Positions 1-11,615 of a stretch of 32,462 nt of DNA are shown piece after piece. Numbering within the stretch: position 1 is the stretch's first letter; each line of letters starts with the position of its first letter. The notes beneath the pieces are model-generated. The model was not told the DNA's origin, ran no database searches, and saw nothing but the letters and a program-made list of their open reading frames with translations. A program made the position numbers and the translations under genes. The stretch covers positions 1 through 32,462 of the forward strand of contig JAQGDQ010001616.1 in assembly GCA_030141605.1 (NCBI GenBank). The letters are read 5' to 3'. Source of the stretch: Tubiluchus corallicola. Taxonomy: Eukaryota; Animalia; Priapulida.

Positions 1-409
1 CCCGTCTGAAATGATCAAGTCCAGATTACACGAGCTGATGTTATACACATTACATTTTATACAAATTGCTACTTAATTTTAGAGACAAAAGGTGGCAGCA
101 CCACTTCTGTTTGCATATTGATAGCTTAACAGTTTGCTACAGTTCGGCACATGTTAACACGTTTGGCTGTTGTTACGAGGTCGTGGCAGAACCGGAATTC
201 ATCTCATTCCAAAGAAACTATCCTTGGCAGAAAAGATGCAGTGTGTCTAAACCGCACAGGGATACAAATGTACATTGTTTTTTGTTGTACATATAAAGCA
301 GGTAACACTAATATTTTGGTACATAGAAGCAGTCAGTGGATGAATTCACTACTAAAATGTAAGACTTTTTATTCTGCATTATAAGTGTCATTAAGACAAC
401 ACCTTACAC

Positions 410-869
410 CAGGGGTGTGCAAATTGCGGCCCGCCGAGAGAATTTGTCAACCTAATGAAAGTGCGGCCCGGGCGATTAATTGAGTTTATCCAGCTGAAGT
501 CCGTGCCACGATCCCAAAAATAGTGCGGGTAGTTTTTTCTACTAGATCGGATGACATTAACCCTTACAAGACGGTTGTAGCTTAATGTCACTGTACTACA
601 CAGACTGTGTGATACACATTACTAATATGCATTGTAATGAAGTTACCACAATCAGTCCTGAAAGTAGAAATATATGGTTTGTAATATAAATTTTAATAAC
701 TTCTAAAATAGTTTCTTGAGTGTAGTAGTAATGATGTACGCAGGTCGGATGCAAAAAATTGATATTAGGCCTTTCTGTACTTGGCTCCTTGATCAAACTG
801 CATGTGGCCCGCAGGAATTGCGGGAAAGTTTAATGTGGCCCGGCTAGTGAGATAATTTGCACACCCCCG
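410..869. mobile_element. Non-autonomous hAT (Charlie-like) MITE, copy 1
   Basis: Ends CAGGGGTGTGCAAATT ... AATTTGCACACCCCCG form TIRs. Flanks ccttacac/tattacac are a degenerate 8-bp TSD. A near-identical copy lies at 8795-9294. Confidence 0.85.
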
Positions 870-1045
870 TATTACACACAGTGACATTATAACACAAACG
901 CACATCACAAGATTCGTGAATGTAGTAGAAATGTTGACGATTCACGATGAAGGTTTACAAAAACTTACATTTCTCACACTTGCGTCTTGTTTGCTCACTT
1001 TGAATTTGCGACTAAACTACACTCGACGCACAAATTTTAACTTAC

Positions 1046-1110
1046 GTCTTTGTCGATGAAGTTAGTCTTGTCTTTCTCTTGCTCTGGTGTCAAGTGAAGA
1101 ACTGGTTCCT
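1046..1110 (-). CDS. ETF1: eRF1 internal exon (EPVLHLTPEQEKDKTNFIDKD), opposite strand to the other eRF1 exons
   Basis: 65-nt exon bounded on the - strand by cattttcttacag| and |gtaagt. The peptide matches the eRF1 C-domain segment LxLTPEQEKDKxxFxDK. Confidence 0.85.
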
Positions 1111-1149
1111 CTGTAAGAAAATGCATTTTGATGGCATCAGTACGTGGTA

Positions 1150-1595
1150 CGTGTTGTGTGGGGGTGGGTGGGAGGGTGGTTGGCGTGGTGATTGGGTGGG
1201 TGGGTGTTTGGGGGTGTGGGTGGGTGGTTGTGTGGGTGCATGCATGAGAGAGAGGAGGGAGGGAGGGAGAGAGAGAGAGAGTGAAGGGAAGGGAAGGAGG
1301 GAGAGAAAGAGAAAAAGAGAGGGAGAGAAAAGAGAGAGAGGAGGGAGGGAGGGAGAGAGAGAGAGGAGTGAGAGAATAGAGTGAAAGATTGACAAAAAGA
1401 CATAGGCTGAAAGGGAGATGGGGGAGAGAAAAAGAGAAGGAATGAGTGAGAGATTTCTTGCAGTATTGCTGTATTTTCGTCAGAAGATTGTTAAGTGTGG
1501 AGTGCAGAGAGCGAGAAAGAGGAGGAGAGGAAGAGAGAGAATAGAGTGCAAAGAGAGACGGGGAGGTGGAGAGAGGAAAAGAGAAAGAGAGGTGT
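1150..1595. repeat. GT-rich then GA-rich low-complexity/microsatellite tract
   Basis: (GGGT)-like runs at about 1150-1240 followed by GA/GGA runs. These explain the spurious ORFs at 1037-1783. Confidence 0.9.
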
Positions 1596-1656
1596 TGCAT
1601 ACTCTTGTTACCGGCATTCCACCAAAATTAATTACAGTACTTTGTTCATTTGCTAG

Positions 1657-1731
1657 GCGCCACATTGGAAATTGTAACAGACAGATCACAGGAAGGTTCA
1701 CAGTTTGTCAAAGGTTTCGGTGGCATAGGAG
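1657..1731 (+). CDS. ETF1: eRF1 penultimate exon ([25 protein letters not shown])
   Basis: tttgctag| acceptor and |gtacgt donor. Highly conserved eRF1 C-terminal peptide; phase 1 joins the next exon. Confidence 0.95.
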
Positions 1732-2506
1732 GTACGTACTTGTCTTGTCCACTTATTTACCAAATACAAGAGTCAGTATTTGAATGGAATGGTCCCGTGT
1801 CACTAACAGAGCATAAGGATAGATGGTTACAGCATTTATTAATGAATGCAGGCTGAAGCTGAGTCAGTATTGCATTTTAGAAATATCTTGTAAGGGCCTT
1901 ACAACAGGTTTTAAAAATGCTTACGAACCCAGTTGCTTATAAGTCTGTTTTTTTCTCACCGGCTTCTTATCTAAGGATTTTTCTATTGAGAAATCTCACT
2001 TTGATGAAGAAGAAAATCAATTTTTGTGATCTTAAGAATTTGAAGTTTAATTTTGGAATTACAATAATTTTGTGTACAACTACCATTAGTCTTTTCACAG
2101 TTGAGTTGTTAAGTACAACAGGAATGTGACATATGGCTAAAGCAAAGCCGTCTGCTGCATCAGTTCAGTGATTTCAGTTGTTTTATGTGGAATTTACTTA
2201 ATTATGCATCACTAATCAAAGATTATGCATTAGTGGTTTGCTAGCAGGATCTTGTTTGAGAACAAGAAAAAATGAACTAGGTAAAGTTCTAGTTAGCTGT
2301 TAAAACTGATACTACTATAATACACACGGACTGCGAGGCGTTGTCAAGTGTACACAAATGCATTGTTTGGTACACTTAACCTTTGACCTTTTCCCGATCA
2401 TCATCAATCGGTGGAACTGTGAAAAGTCTCATTGTGAATGTATTGAATGTTTCGATGATTGTACATGCGTTTCGTGCGATTGATACTAGCGTATGTTTTT
2501 ATCCAG

Positions 2507-2586
2507 GAATCTTGCGCTACAGAGTCGACTTTCAAGCTATAGAAGTTGAGGAAATGCTGGACGACTTCGACCTCGACGACTACTGA
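2507..2586 (+). CDS. ETF1: eRF1 last coding exon (GILRYRVDFQAIEVEEMLDDFDLDDY*)
   Basis: tttttatccag| acceptor, GILRY motif, acidic FDLDDY tail and TGA stop. Confidence 0.95.
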
Positions 2587-2846
2587 GCCAGTACGATTTC
2601 TCTCCGCACTTTTTTTAAACCTCTCTGGTGAACTGTGAGGGTGTTAGTTGGTGAAAGACGTACGTGTAATTCACAAAGCATAAACGTTCTGCTACTTGAA
2701 ACCCTGTGTAGCAGGTGTGAAAAGTGCTTTATGTGCAAAAACAGTTCACATGCGATAACATTTCTGCAGTTCGAGATATATTTTTGTAATACGTTTGGCC
2801 TATTTCTCTTCTTTCTGTACAGTGATATCTAGTAGGATAATTTTAT

Positions 2847-3322
2847 TATTAGTGCAACATTGTAATGGCTCTCGGGGAGAAGCAAGAATCATTTTGGTCA
2901 TCTCCCATTAGTGCAACATTGTAACGGCTCTCGGGGAGAAGCAAGAATCATTCTGGTCATCTCCCATTAGTGCAGCATTGTAACGGGTCACAGGGAGAAG
3001 CAAGAATCATTCTGGTCATCTCCCATTAGTGCAGCATTGTAACGGCTCTCGGGGAGAAGCAAGAATCATTCTGGTCATCTCCCACTAGTGCAGCATTGTA
3101 ACGGCTCTCGGGGAGAAGCAAGAATCATTCTGGTCATCTCCCATTAGGGCAACATTGTAACGGCTCTCGGGGAGAAGCAAGAATCATTCTGGTCATCTCC
3201 CATTAGTGCAACATTGTAACGGCTCTCTGGGAGAAGCAAGAATCATTCTGGTCATCTCCCATTAGTGCAGCATTGTAATGGCTCTCGGGGAGAAGCAAGA
3301 ATCATTCTGGTCATCTCCCATT
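2847..3322. repeat. 59-bp tandem repeat, about 8 copies, downstream of the eRF1 stop
   Basis: Unit cattagtgcaacattgtaacggctctcggggagaagcaagaatcattctggtcatctcc; period 59 (2849 to 2908). Confidence 0.95.
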
Positions 3323-3541
3323 CTGTTTTTTAAACAGTTTTTTCTTTTCTTTGCTGTAAGTTTGTCTGTTGAAAACTCCATTTAGTAGCCCTTTGACAGA
3401 TTTTTTCCAGAAATTAATGTAACGGCAGCTTTAATGCGCCTGTTTTACTTTTAATCGCAAAGTATACTTTCATAGGTATTCAAAAGAAATTACATTGCGA
3501 AGTAAACAATTTAAGTTATTCAATTTAATTTAGTCGACTTA

Positions 3542-4062
3542 CAGTGGCGGCTCGTGTGTAGGTACTCTGGAACTGCAGCGCCCCCTATTTTCACTCAATA
3601 TTATCGATAATATTCGATATAACAGGTCTTTTTTCTTTAGTTCTTTCTTTATACTTGTACGAAAGCAGAGCACGTGAGGGTAGTACTGTTTGCTTCACAG
3701 CCCAGCACAGTGGTGTTTAGCTGCTGTGAGCATGCGGCCATGTGCATGTGTCTGGGATAACGCGCTGTACACATGTAGAGAAAGTACTGTCGCTCACACA
3801 GTTTGTTGTCAGGTGCTTAAAAACCGTGTACCGGCATATTCTTGAACTGCGGTATTTTAGGCTATTATTAAACAAAAAAATTTTCCTTAGGATTTTAACA
3901 AGTTTATGTATAAATTTTCGTATGTTTGTTTGTTAAAAATTACAATTATAAATTACAACATTAAAATTACATATGTTTGTTTCGCTTTACACAGTATTAA
4001 AACAATGGCTAAAAATTTTCTGAAGCAGCATCCGCAGTAATTTTAGCTACGAGCCATCACTG
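3542..4062. mobile_element. Probable non-autonomous DNA transposon (hAT-like TIRs)
   Basis: CAGTGGCGGCTCGT ... ACGAGCCATCACTG, a 12/14 inverted match. No clear TSD. Confidence 0.55.
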
Positions 4063-4307
4063 GTTTCTTTTAATTTCCACGTGAGAATTGAGACTCGTTA
4101 ATGTTTTGTGAAGTTTGTTGTATATTATGTTGTCTTAAGTTACGACTGTCGCTAAAATGAACAAAGGTGATTAGGGGGGGGGTCTTATTTACTTGTTCCC
4201 GCCAACAGTCGTCTAGCGGGTGATCTGTAAAAATTGTCTAGTGAATTGATATTTTATTTCAAATAACAAACTGCCAATACAACCATCTAAAATCCTGTTA
4301 TTTCTTA

Positions 4308-5660
4308 GTGCAGATGTGTACACGTGGTTGTACACCCGCAAATGTTCTGTAGTACAAATGTGTACATGTTGTACAGTCCTATTGTTCTGCAGTACAAATC
4401 TGTACACGTGGTCGTACAACCCCATTGTTCTGCAATGCAAATGCATACACATGGTCATACAACCCCATTGTTCTGCAATGCAAATGCATACACGTGGTCG
4501 TACAACCCCATTGTTTTGCAATGCCAATGAGTACATGTGGTCGTACAGCACCATTGTTCTGCAATGCAAATGCATACACGTGGTCGTACAACCCCATTGT
4601 TTTGCAATGCAAATGAGTACATGTGGTCGTACAACCCCATTGTTCTGCAGTACAAATGAGTACATGTGGTTGTACAACCCCATTGTTCTGCAGTACAAAT
4701 GAGTACATGTGGTCGTACAACCCCATTGTTCTGCCATACAAGTGAGTACACATGGTCGCACAACACCATTGTTCTGCCATACAAATGAGTACACATTGTC
4801 GCACAACACCATTGTTCTGCCATACAAATGAGTACATGTGGTCGTACAACACCATTGTTCTGCCATACAAATGAGTACATGTGGTCGTACAACACCATTG
4901 TTCTGCCATACAAATGAGTACACATTGTCGCACAACACCATTGTTCTGCCATACAAATGAGTACATGTGGTCGTACAACCCCATTGTTCTGCAGTACAAA
5001 TGAGTACATGTGGTTGTACAACCCCATTGTTCTGCAGTACAAATGAGTACATGTGGTTGTACAACCCCATTGTTCTGCAGTACAAATGAGTACATGTGGT
5101 CGTACAACACCATTGTTCTGCCATACAAATGAGTACATGTGGTCGTACAACACCATTGTTCTGCCATACAAATGAGTACACATTGTCGCACAACACCATT
5201 GTTCTGCCATACAAATGAGTACATGTGGTCGTACAACCCCATTGTTCTGCAGTACAAATGAGTACATGTGGTCGTACAACCCCATTGTTCTGCAGTACAA
5301 ATGAGTACATGTGGTCGTACAACCCCATTGTTCTGCCATACAAGTGAGTACACATGGTCGCACAACACCATTGTTCTGCCATACAAATGAGTACACATTG
5401 TCGCACAACACCATTGTTCTGCCATACAAATGAGTACATGTGGTCGTACAACACCATTGTTCTGCCATACAAATGAGTACATGTGGTCGTACAACCCCAT
5501 TGTTCTGCCATACAAATGAGTACACATTGTCGCACAACACCATCGTTCTGCCATACAAATGAGTACATGTGGTCGTACAACACCATTGTTCTGCCATACA
5601 AATGAGTACACATTGTCGCACAACACCATTGTTCTGCCATACAAATGAGTACACGTGGTC
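4308..5660. repeat. 43-bp minisatellite, about 31 copies
   Basis: Unit catgtggtcgtacaacaccattgttctgccatacaaatgagta. Produces the three overlapping - strand ORFs with 43-aa periodicity. Confidence 0.97.
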
Positions 5661-5852
5661 AATGAAAACCTCTCCATTGCTGCCTTTACCAATTTAGATA
5701 AAAAAATTTGCGTATCTTGTGTAAAAGAACATTTAAATTTACAGTTAAGTTACAAAGAGCTTGGTTGTTTTTGTTTACGATTAAAATTGCCAGAAGGCAA
5801 AGTAAACAATTGTGTAATGTTTCGTATGAATCATTCTCGTTTCTACATTTAT

Positions 5853-5876
5853 GTTGTTGTTGTTGTTGTTGTTGTT
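5853..5876. repeat. (GTT)n microsatellite
   Basis: gttgttgttgttgttgttgttgtt. Confidence 0.9.
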
Positions 5877-6139
5877 TCTTAACTGTAAAATGATTGCATT
5901 AAATAGCAAGAAAATGGCTTTCAAAACGTTGGCTATTATAACAAGCCCCCGTTTCAGAATTTAATTAAGTGGAACAGTGCAGTAAAGGTATTATGATAAT
6001 TATCAATGTGGTTTTTTTAATGAAAAATAAAGAAAATTTACAAGAAGACGTTTATTACTCGTTTTTTTCTCTGCGTGTTGTAAAGTAGAAAATAAATCGG
6101 TAAAACATTTTTAAATTGTGGTCAAAATTCTTTATACGA

Positions 6140-6320
6140 AATTGATCGATTTTTAACCTCATTTTTCGCCTTCGAACAGCTCGGTTTCCGCAGTCACATA
6201 CATCTCAAATCACTGAAGGAGCTTCCTACATACCGTTTGCACTGAATGTGTAGCAATCATCCATGAAAATATAGGTACCGGAAAAGTACAGGTCTAGATA
6301 CACCCTCGGTCGATTTCAAA
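6140..6320. mobile_element. Internal fragment of the Tc1/pogo-like element at 13684-14612, inverted
   Basis: Reverse-complement match to about 14157-14352 (e.g. cactgaaggagcttcctacataccgtttgcactgaatgtgtagcaat). Confidence 0.8.
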
Positions 6321-6351
6321 GAAGAAAGTACAGGAACATTCTAGAAATAAA

Positions 6352-6727
6352 ATGGCCAAACAGCATCTGTACAACAAAGTCGGTGCAGAGGAAAGGACAG
6401 TTAAAATCAAAAAGAGAAGACTAAAATGGACAGGACATGTTATACGACTTCCAGATGACAGTCCATTAAAATTAACTTTCAAAGAAGCACTGCACAAAGA
6501 AAAGAAACCACAAGTAGGACAGCTGCTGACTCTCATCAATTTCATCCAAAAAGATCTTATCAACACATCATTAGATATCAAAAATGCAGAGACATGAGAG
6601 GTTGCAGGTGACAGGGCAGCATGGAGTTAATGGGAGGTTGCAGGTGACAGGGCAGCATGGAGTAAAGTGATCAGGAGGGTCATGTCAAACGATGTGTGAC
6701 TCCAGAGATGATGATGATGATGATGAT
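6352..6727 (+). mobile_element. 5'-truncated non-LTR retrotransposon (RTE-like) 3' end
   Basis: Peptide KRRLKWTGHVIRLPDDSPLK resembles the post-RT region of RTE-type ORFs. Ends in a (GAT)n tail. Internal ~35-bp duplication at about 6597-6663. Confidence 0.75.
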
Positions 6728-8413
6728 AACTGTTTTACATCAAGCACTAATTCCTGGGAAGAAACCAAGAGGAGGACATCTGATGTTCTGAAGGCACTTA
6801 TTAAATACTCCACTTGACTTAGATAATGCAGATACTTGGCATGTGGCAACAGATCTGGAACAGCATCAAATTATGAATGATGCTGTGTTGCATGTTGGAA
6901 GCACCTAAGATGATGATATAACAGTGTGGAATAATTGGAACGAAACTGACGCTCACATGTCATTGGCATAGCAGTGTCTAGTGTATTCACCTGTTTTGAA
7001 GGTGGAATTTTTATATTTTAGAATTTGGCATGTCTAATATCTACAAACAGGTATGTAGGTACATGACAGTCATAACCGTATGTGGCTTCATTCGCAAATC
7101 TTTAACTTAAAATGAGAAAATGGTGCGACGTTTAAGAAAACGGTCTTATTTTTCCTTTCATGCGTGTAAACATTAACATTATGGCTGTTCCATTTGATAT
7201 TGAATTTTTAGCCACGCAGTAACAGAATCATGACACGATTGCTTAAATCAACAACAAACAATGACAAACAACTACGCAAATAAACATCATAAAATTTTAA
7301 TAATTATATCACGTGATCGTTCACAACCTGATCATTCAATATAGAAGGGCATTCTACAAATTTTAAAATGTCTTATTAAAAGCAGGCAAATACATATGTC
7401 TTACTGTTTCCATTGCTATATGCAGTCGACGTAAAAAGAATTGAGCATATTTCATGCAAACCACTTCTACACACCTACGGCTGGTCAAGAGTCGTAAGAG
7501 GTCAGCAAATACCCGGTCATCGGGATAATGCAAACAAACTCGTTTTATTCACTAAAACCATCAGAATATATTAAAATAAGAAAATAACGTTTTCCTAGTG
7601 TTTGCACCCGTAAGATGGAGCAAAGGTCAAGTTACAGGTGCGACTAAAATAGACACACCCCTGCGCCTGGCCGAAGATGTTTAATTGCGTGTCACGTCCT
7701 TACCCATTCAGAAGCTGCAGCTATGATGTCATATTTATCATCATTTTCACAGGCCTAAACAAAAGTTTGAAGATGGCGTTCAGCCAGAGAATGGTGTTGT
7801 AAGCACGTGAAGTAATATTAACGAATGTTTACAAATTTACGTGCCGAACTCAAACACAGAAGATACATCAGTGTAAACAATAGTGAATGTAATTATTTGC
7901 TTAATTTTAAAGCAAAATGGAACAATTTTTCATATCCTACCTGATTTTGAGTATGGTAAGAAGCATACATTTTAATACATATAATAAAAATGCCAAAGTG
8001 TTTCTGATAATTAAATACTAACTTAGAAACTTAACTGACAGCTGCCAAGGCCACTTAGTGATGATGTCACAAATGAACATAATTTTCAACAGCTACACCA
8101 GCGACTTTTTTTACGGTCCCGAGGTGTCCCTTATATCCAAGGTTGACTGTACAAACAAGTAGAAAAATGTGTTACTAACAATTTCACGTTAAATTTTGGC
8201 TCTGGAAATTAAATTAGGTATTTGAACATGAAGCAAAATTTAAGCACCAGTCCAGCTTTTGCATTTTTCTCGATTAAAAAATTCTAAAATAAATAAAAAT
8301 GACCAAAGTTGCCAACAATTTAATTGCGAATCTCTACCATCATAAACAGCGAACATAAATTTTATCTAATCAACTTAAGCATATTTTGGCACGTGAAACT
8401 TCGACGCAGACCC

Positions 8414-8613
8414 TCATAGATTGACAGTCACAGGAATGTCTTCAAGTCTATAATACTTATGCTTAATTTCATCTTCCGTAACTGACACGACGCGTAAGCC
8501 CGACCCGTCGTTACCGATCTGGGCACCTATTGCTGACGTCACCGGACAGTCAAGTTCCCGATAGAATCCTCCTGCGTTGCGATGGTAGTGACCACAAAAT
8601 ACAGATTTTACAC
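8414..8613 (-). CDS. CPPED1: CPPED1 exon 6 (last): [16 protein letters not shown]...[10 protein letters not shown]...IPVTVNL*
   Basis: attttag| acceptor. Carries the GHxH metallophosphoesterase motif and the CPPED1-typical HRNAGG and SAIG motifs. Confidence 0.93.
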
Positions 8614-8794
8614 CTAAAATCAGAAACAGAATTAAAAATGGAATAAATAGAAAATAGAACATGCGATCTACCGCCTGCTAACATTGTAATACAAAACGTA
8701 ATGTGCAGTTTAACATCTTTCGTACAATTTCTAACAATTTATTATCGTAAGATTTAATGTAATGTCTTTTGTTGTAGAATTTAATATGCTACAC

Positions 8795-9294
8795 CAGGGG
8801 TGCCCGCTGAGAGAATTTGTGGGGCCCGCGAAGAGATTTGTCAACCTAATGAAAGTGCGGCCCGGGCGATTAATTGAGTGTATCCAGCTGAAGTCCGTGC
8901 CACGATCCCAAAGACAGTGCGGGTAGTTTTTTCTACTAGATCGGATGCCATTAACCCTTACAAGACGGTTGTAGCTTAATGTCACTGTACTACACAGACT
9001 GTGTGATACACATTACTAATATGCATTGTAATGAAATTACCACTATCAGTCCTGAAAGTAGAAATATATGATTTGTAATATAAATTTTAATAACTTCTAA
9101 AATAGTTTCTTGAGTGTATTAGTAATGATGTACGCAGTTCGGATGCAAAAAATCGTTATTAAGCCTTTCTGTACTTGGCTCCTTGATCAAACTGCCTGTG
9201 GCCCGCAGGAATTGCGGAAAAGTTTAATGTGGCCCGCAGGAATTGCGGAAAAGTTTAATGTGGCCCGGCTAGTCAGATCATTTGCCCACCCCTG
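8795..9294. mobile_element. Non-autonomous hAT (Charlie-like) MITE, copy 2, in CPPED1 intron 5
   Basis: CAGGGGTG...CACCCCTG ends, exact 8-bp TSD tgctacac (8787-8794 and 9295-9302), extra subterminal ~31-bp duplication. Confidence 0.92.
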
Positions 9295-9419
9295 TGCTAC
9301 ACCAAGTGCACAAACATTGAAGTACAACAAAACACTCTTCATAAATAAAGCTTAAAAAGTCATCTTGAAATTTCATATCACTTACATGCTGTCTTATTGC
9401 ATACAGAGCTTGCATTAGC

Positions 9420-9990
9420 AGTAAAACTGTAGAAAACTTGTAAATTTAAACTCCCGTGGTGACCGCTAGGCGCAGCCATTTTAACGGTAGGTCATTTGAC
9501 ACAAGTTTGGATGACGTAAAGGTTTGAAAAAATAATCAGAGCATTCGTAGCGCACTCTTCGCTAACTAAGCAAAAGTATGAATTACTTTATATTGTCGGT
9601 AAGATTAAAAATACATTTTTGGTGGTGTATCAGTGGTGCACCTGGGAAGACAGTGCAGTGCTGTTTCACCAGGAGGAGTGAACATTTTGAATTATAAGGA
9701 ATTTTCTTTTCTAATTACATCTGTCTTTCAAACATATTCTGTCTTGCTCGCATCAGCAGTAACACTGTATAAAACTTGTAAATTTAAACTCCTACGATGA
9801 CCGTTGGACGCAGCCATTTCAACGGTGAGTCAATTGAAACAAGTTTAGATAACTTTGCGTGAAGTTTGAAAAGATAACCAGAGCATTTGTACCGAACACT
9901 TCACTAACTAAGCAAGAATATACATTACGTTATGTCAATAAGATCAATAATGTGTTTTTTTTGGGTGAATCACTAGTGCACACTGGGATG
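9420..9990. repeat. Two tandem diverged copies of an unclassified ~310-bp dispersed repeat
   Basis: aaaacttgtaaatttaaactcc...cgcagccattt...actaagcaa... occurs at about 9432 and 9771, with a third copy at about 16434. Confidence 0.8.
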
Positions 9991-10556
9991 GAGATACACT
10001 GATAATTTAGTAGTTCGTGCAAAATATTGTAACGATGAGCGGATGCTGATACGCCGATTGTCGCACAGTTGAGAAGAAAATGTAAAACAACAGTAGTAAG
10101 AGTAAAATTACTGAATTAAGTAACACGCCAGACGTCTACCCCATCTTGCTCCATGCCAGACGTCTTGCTCCATGCCAGTTGTCATTGTGGAACAGGTGCT
10201 GAGATGGAAGACGCACCTGCCCGTCAGCCCACTGAACCGACGAGGCCATTCCATGCCGGCTACTTATAGCTGTTATGCAACGCTGATATGCAATGGCTTC
10301 GTAATGGATGAAACCATCACAATCTGGAGGGGGAGGGTCGAAAATGAAGGGCATTTCACCTTCGTAACAATATTTTAAATTATTAAGAATTTTCTTTTTA
10401 GTTACGCGGGTCTTTCAAACAGGTAAGCATATTGCTAAATAATGTAAGTATGTACGGAATGTTTTTCAGCATAAAAGGCATATTAGGGAGGCATACTTTA
10501 CAGTTCCCATTTCTTCTCCTTAAAATTTAATACTACTCATTTACTAGAGTTATAGC

Positions 10557-11360
10557 CAGGGTGCATAAGATTATGGATATGTATAAAATAAATAAAATAG
10601 CTTATTTTATGGATTTTTGAAATTTTATTTTATGGATATCAATAAAATAAGAAATAGACTATATCTGGAACAAAATGCCCAGGGGGAAATCAATTAAAAA
10701 GTAAAAACAGGAGTGTTTGAAACGTGTTTTTAAACACGCAGGACTTAGTTTTAATTTTATCGGTTGCATATCACTTCAAATTTAATCAAATTTTACGAGA
10801 CAATGGCTGGGTCTCTCTCAGTTATTCGAACTCCAGCTCATGCTTTGGTTGAAACTTCGCCATCTTGATAACAAAAAGACAATGAGAAAAAAACAATGTA
10901 AAATAGCAAATCCGGAAATGCCGGAAATCCGGAAGTTCCAGTAATGGCCAACAGAAACATTTCAGAGCTTCACAATAATTTTATTGTTGTCAGTTTTTAT
11001 TATTCGTGGTTTAAATAATCAGTCAGGTAATATTTTGCACAAATGTCTGTTAGTGTAGGTGCAAATTTAAAGGCTTCACGAACTAGTAAGTATAAGACAA
11101 GACGAGCTTGTTCGTCCGCAGAGGTTGACAACAGTGAAGATAAACAATTTAGTAACATCATTGCGCAGTTTTCTTTCTCTTTCTCTCCTTCTAACGTTCG
11201 TTTTCAGTGTTACCAATGCTTACAACTCGTTACTTTGTACAAAAAATCACAAAAAAAATATTTTTTTATTTTATGCATTTCTTATTTTATGGATTTTTCA
11301 AATTTTATTTTATGGATTTTTGCTCTTATTTTATGGGTATCCATAATCTTATGCAGCCTG
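10557..11360. mobile_element. Non-autonomous hAT MITE in CPPED1 intron 5
   Basis: TIR CAGGGTGCATAAGATTATGGATA / TATCCATAATCTTATGCAGCCTG, exact 8-bp TSD gttatagc, subterminal ttatggat repeats. Confidence 0.92.
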
Positions 11361-11456
11361 GTTATAGCATTCCTCGAATTTATTTTCCGGTTTAACATTT
11401 TTCAGCTACAGAGATCAGCTACTTTTTCAACAAGAATAATGGCGTTACTCTCTAAC

Positions 11457-11615
11457 CGTTTTTTCGAAATTTTTCCAAATATGAGAGCCGCAATTCTCGG
11501 CCGAGGTTAAAATATTCTTCTTCTTCTTCGGACTCGTGGAGGAACCACGGAATGTGTTGCAGCACGATCCTGTGTTGGTAACCGGTTTTCTTTAGTTCCA
11601 GATCTAACCAATCAT
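11457..11615 (-). CDS. CPPED1: CPPED1 exon 5 (DWLDLELKKTGYQHRIVLQHIPWFLHESEEEEEYFNLGRELRLSYLEKFRKN)
   Basis: ttttcag| and |gttag boundaries, 159 nt, QHIP motif. Not in the supplied ORF track. Confidence 0.92.

Noticed and set aside
1037-1783. Ser/Leu/Pro-rich and Arg/Glu/Gly-rich ORFs
   Set aside because: They are translations of the GA/GT low-complexity tract; only the embedded eRF1 exons are real.
2847-3322. SECIS element in the 59-bp hairpin
   Set aside because: There is no AUGA/GA quartet with apical AA on the sense strand, and eRF1 ends at its normal C-terminus.
2847-5660. CRISPR-like appearance of the tandem arrays
   Set aside because: Units are contiguous with no unique spacers, there are no cas genes, and the context is eukaryotic.
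4213-5692. Three long Cys-rich ORFs (475, 437 and 399 aa)
   Set aside because: All are cyclic readings of the same 43-bp unit (not a multiple of 3) and show no recognisable domain.
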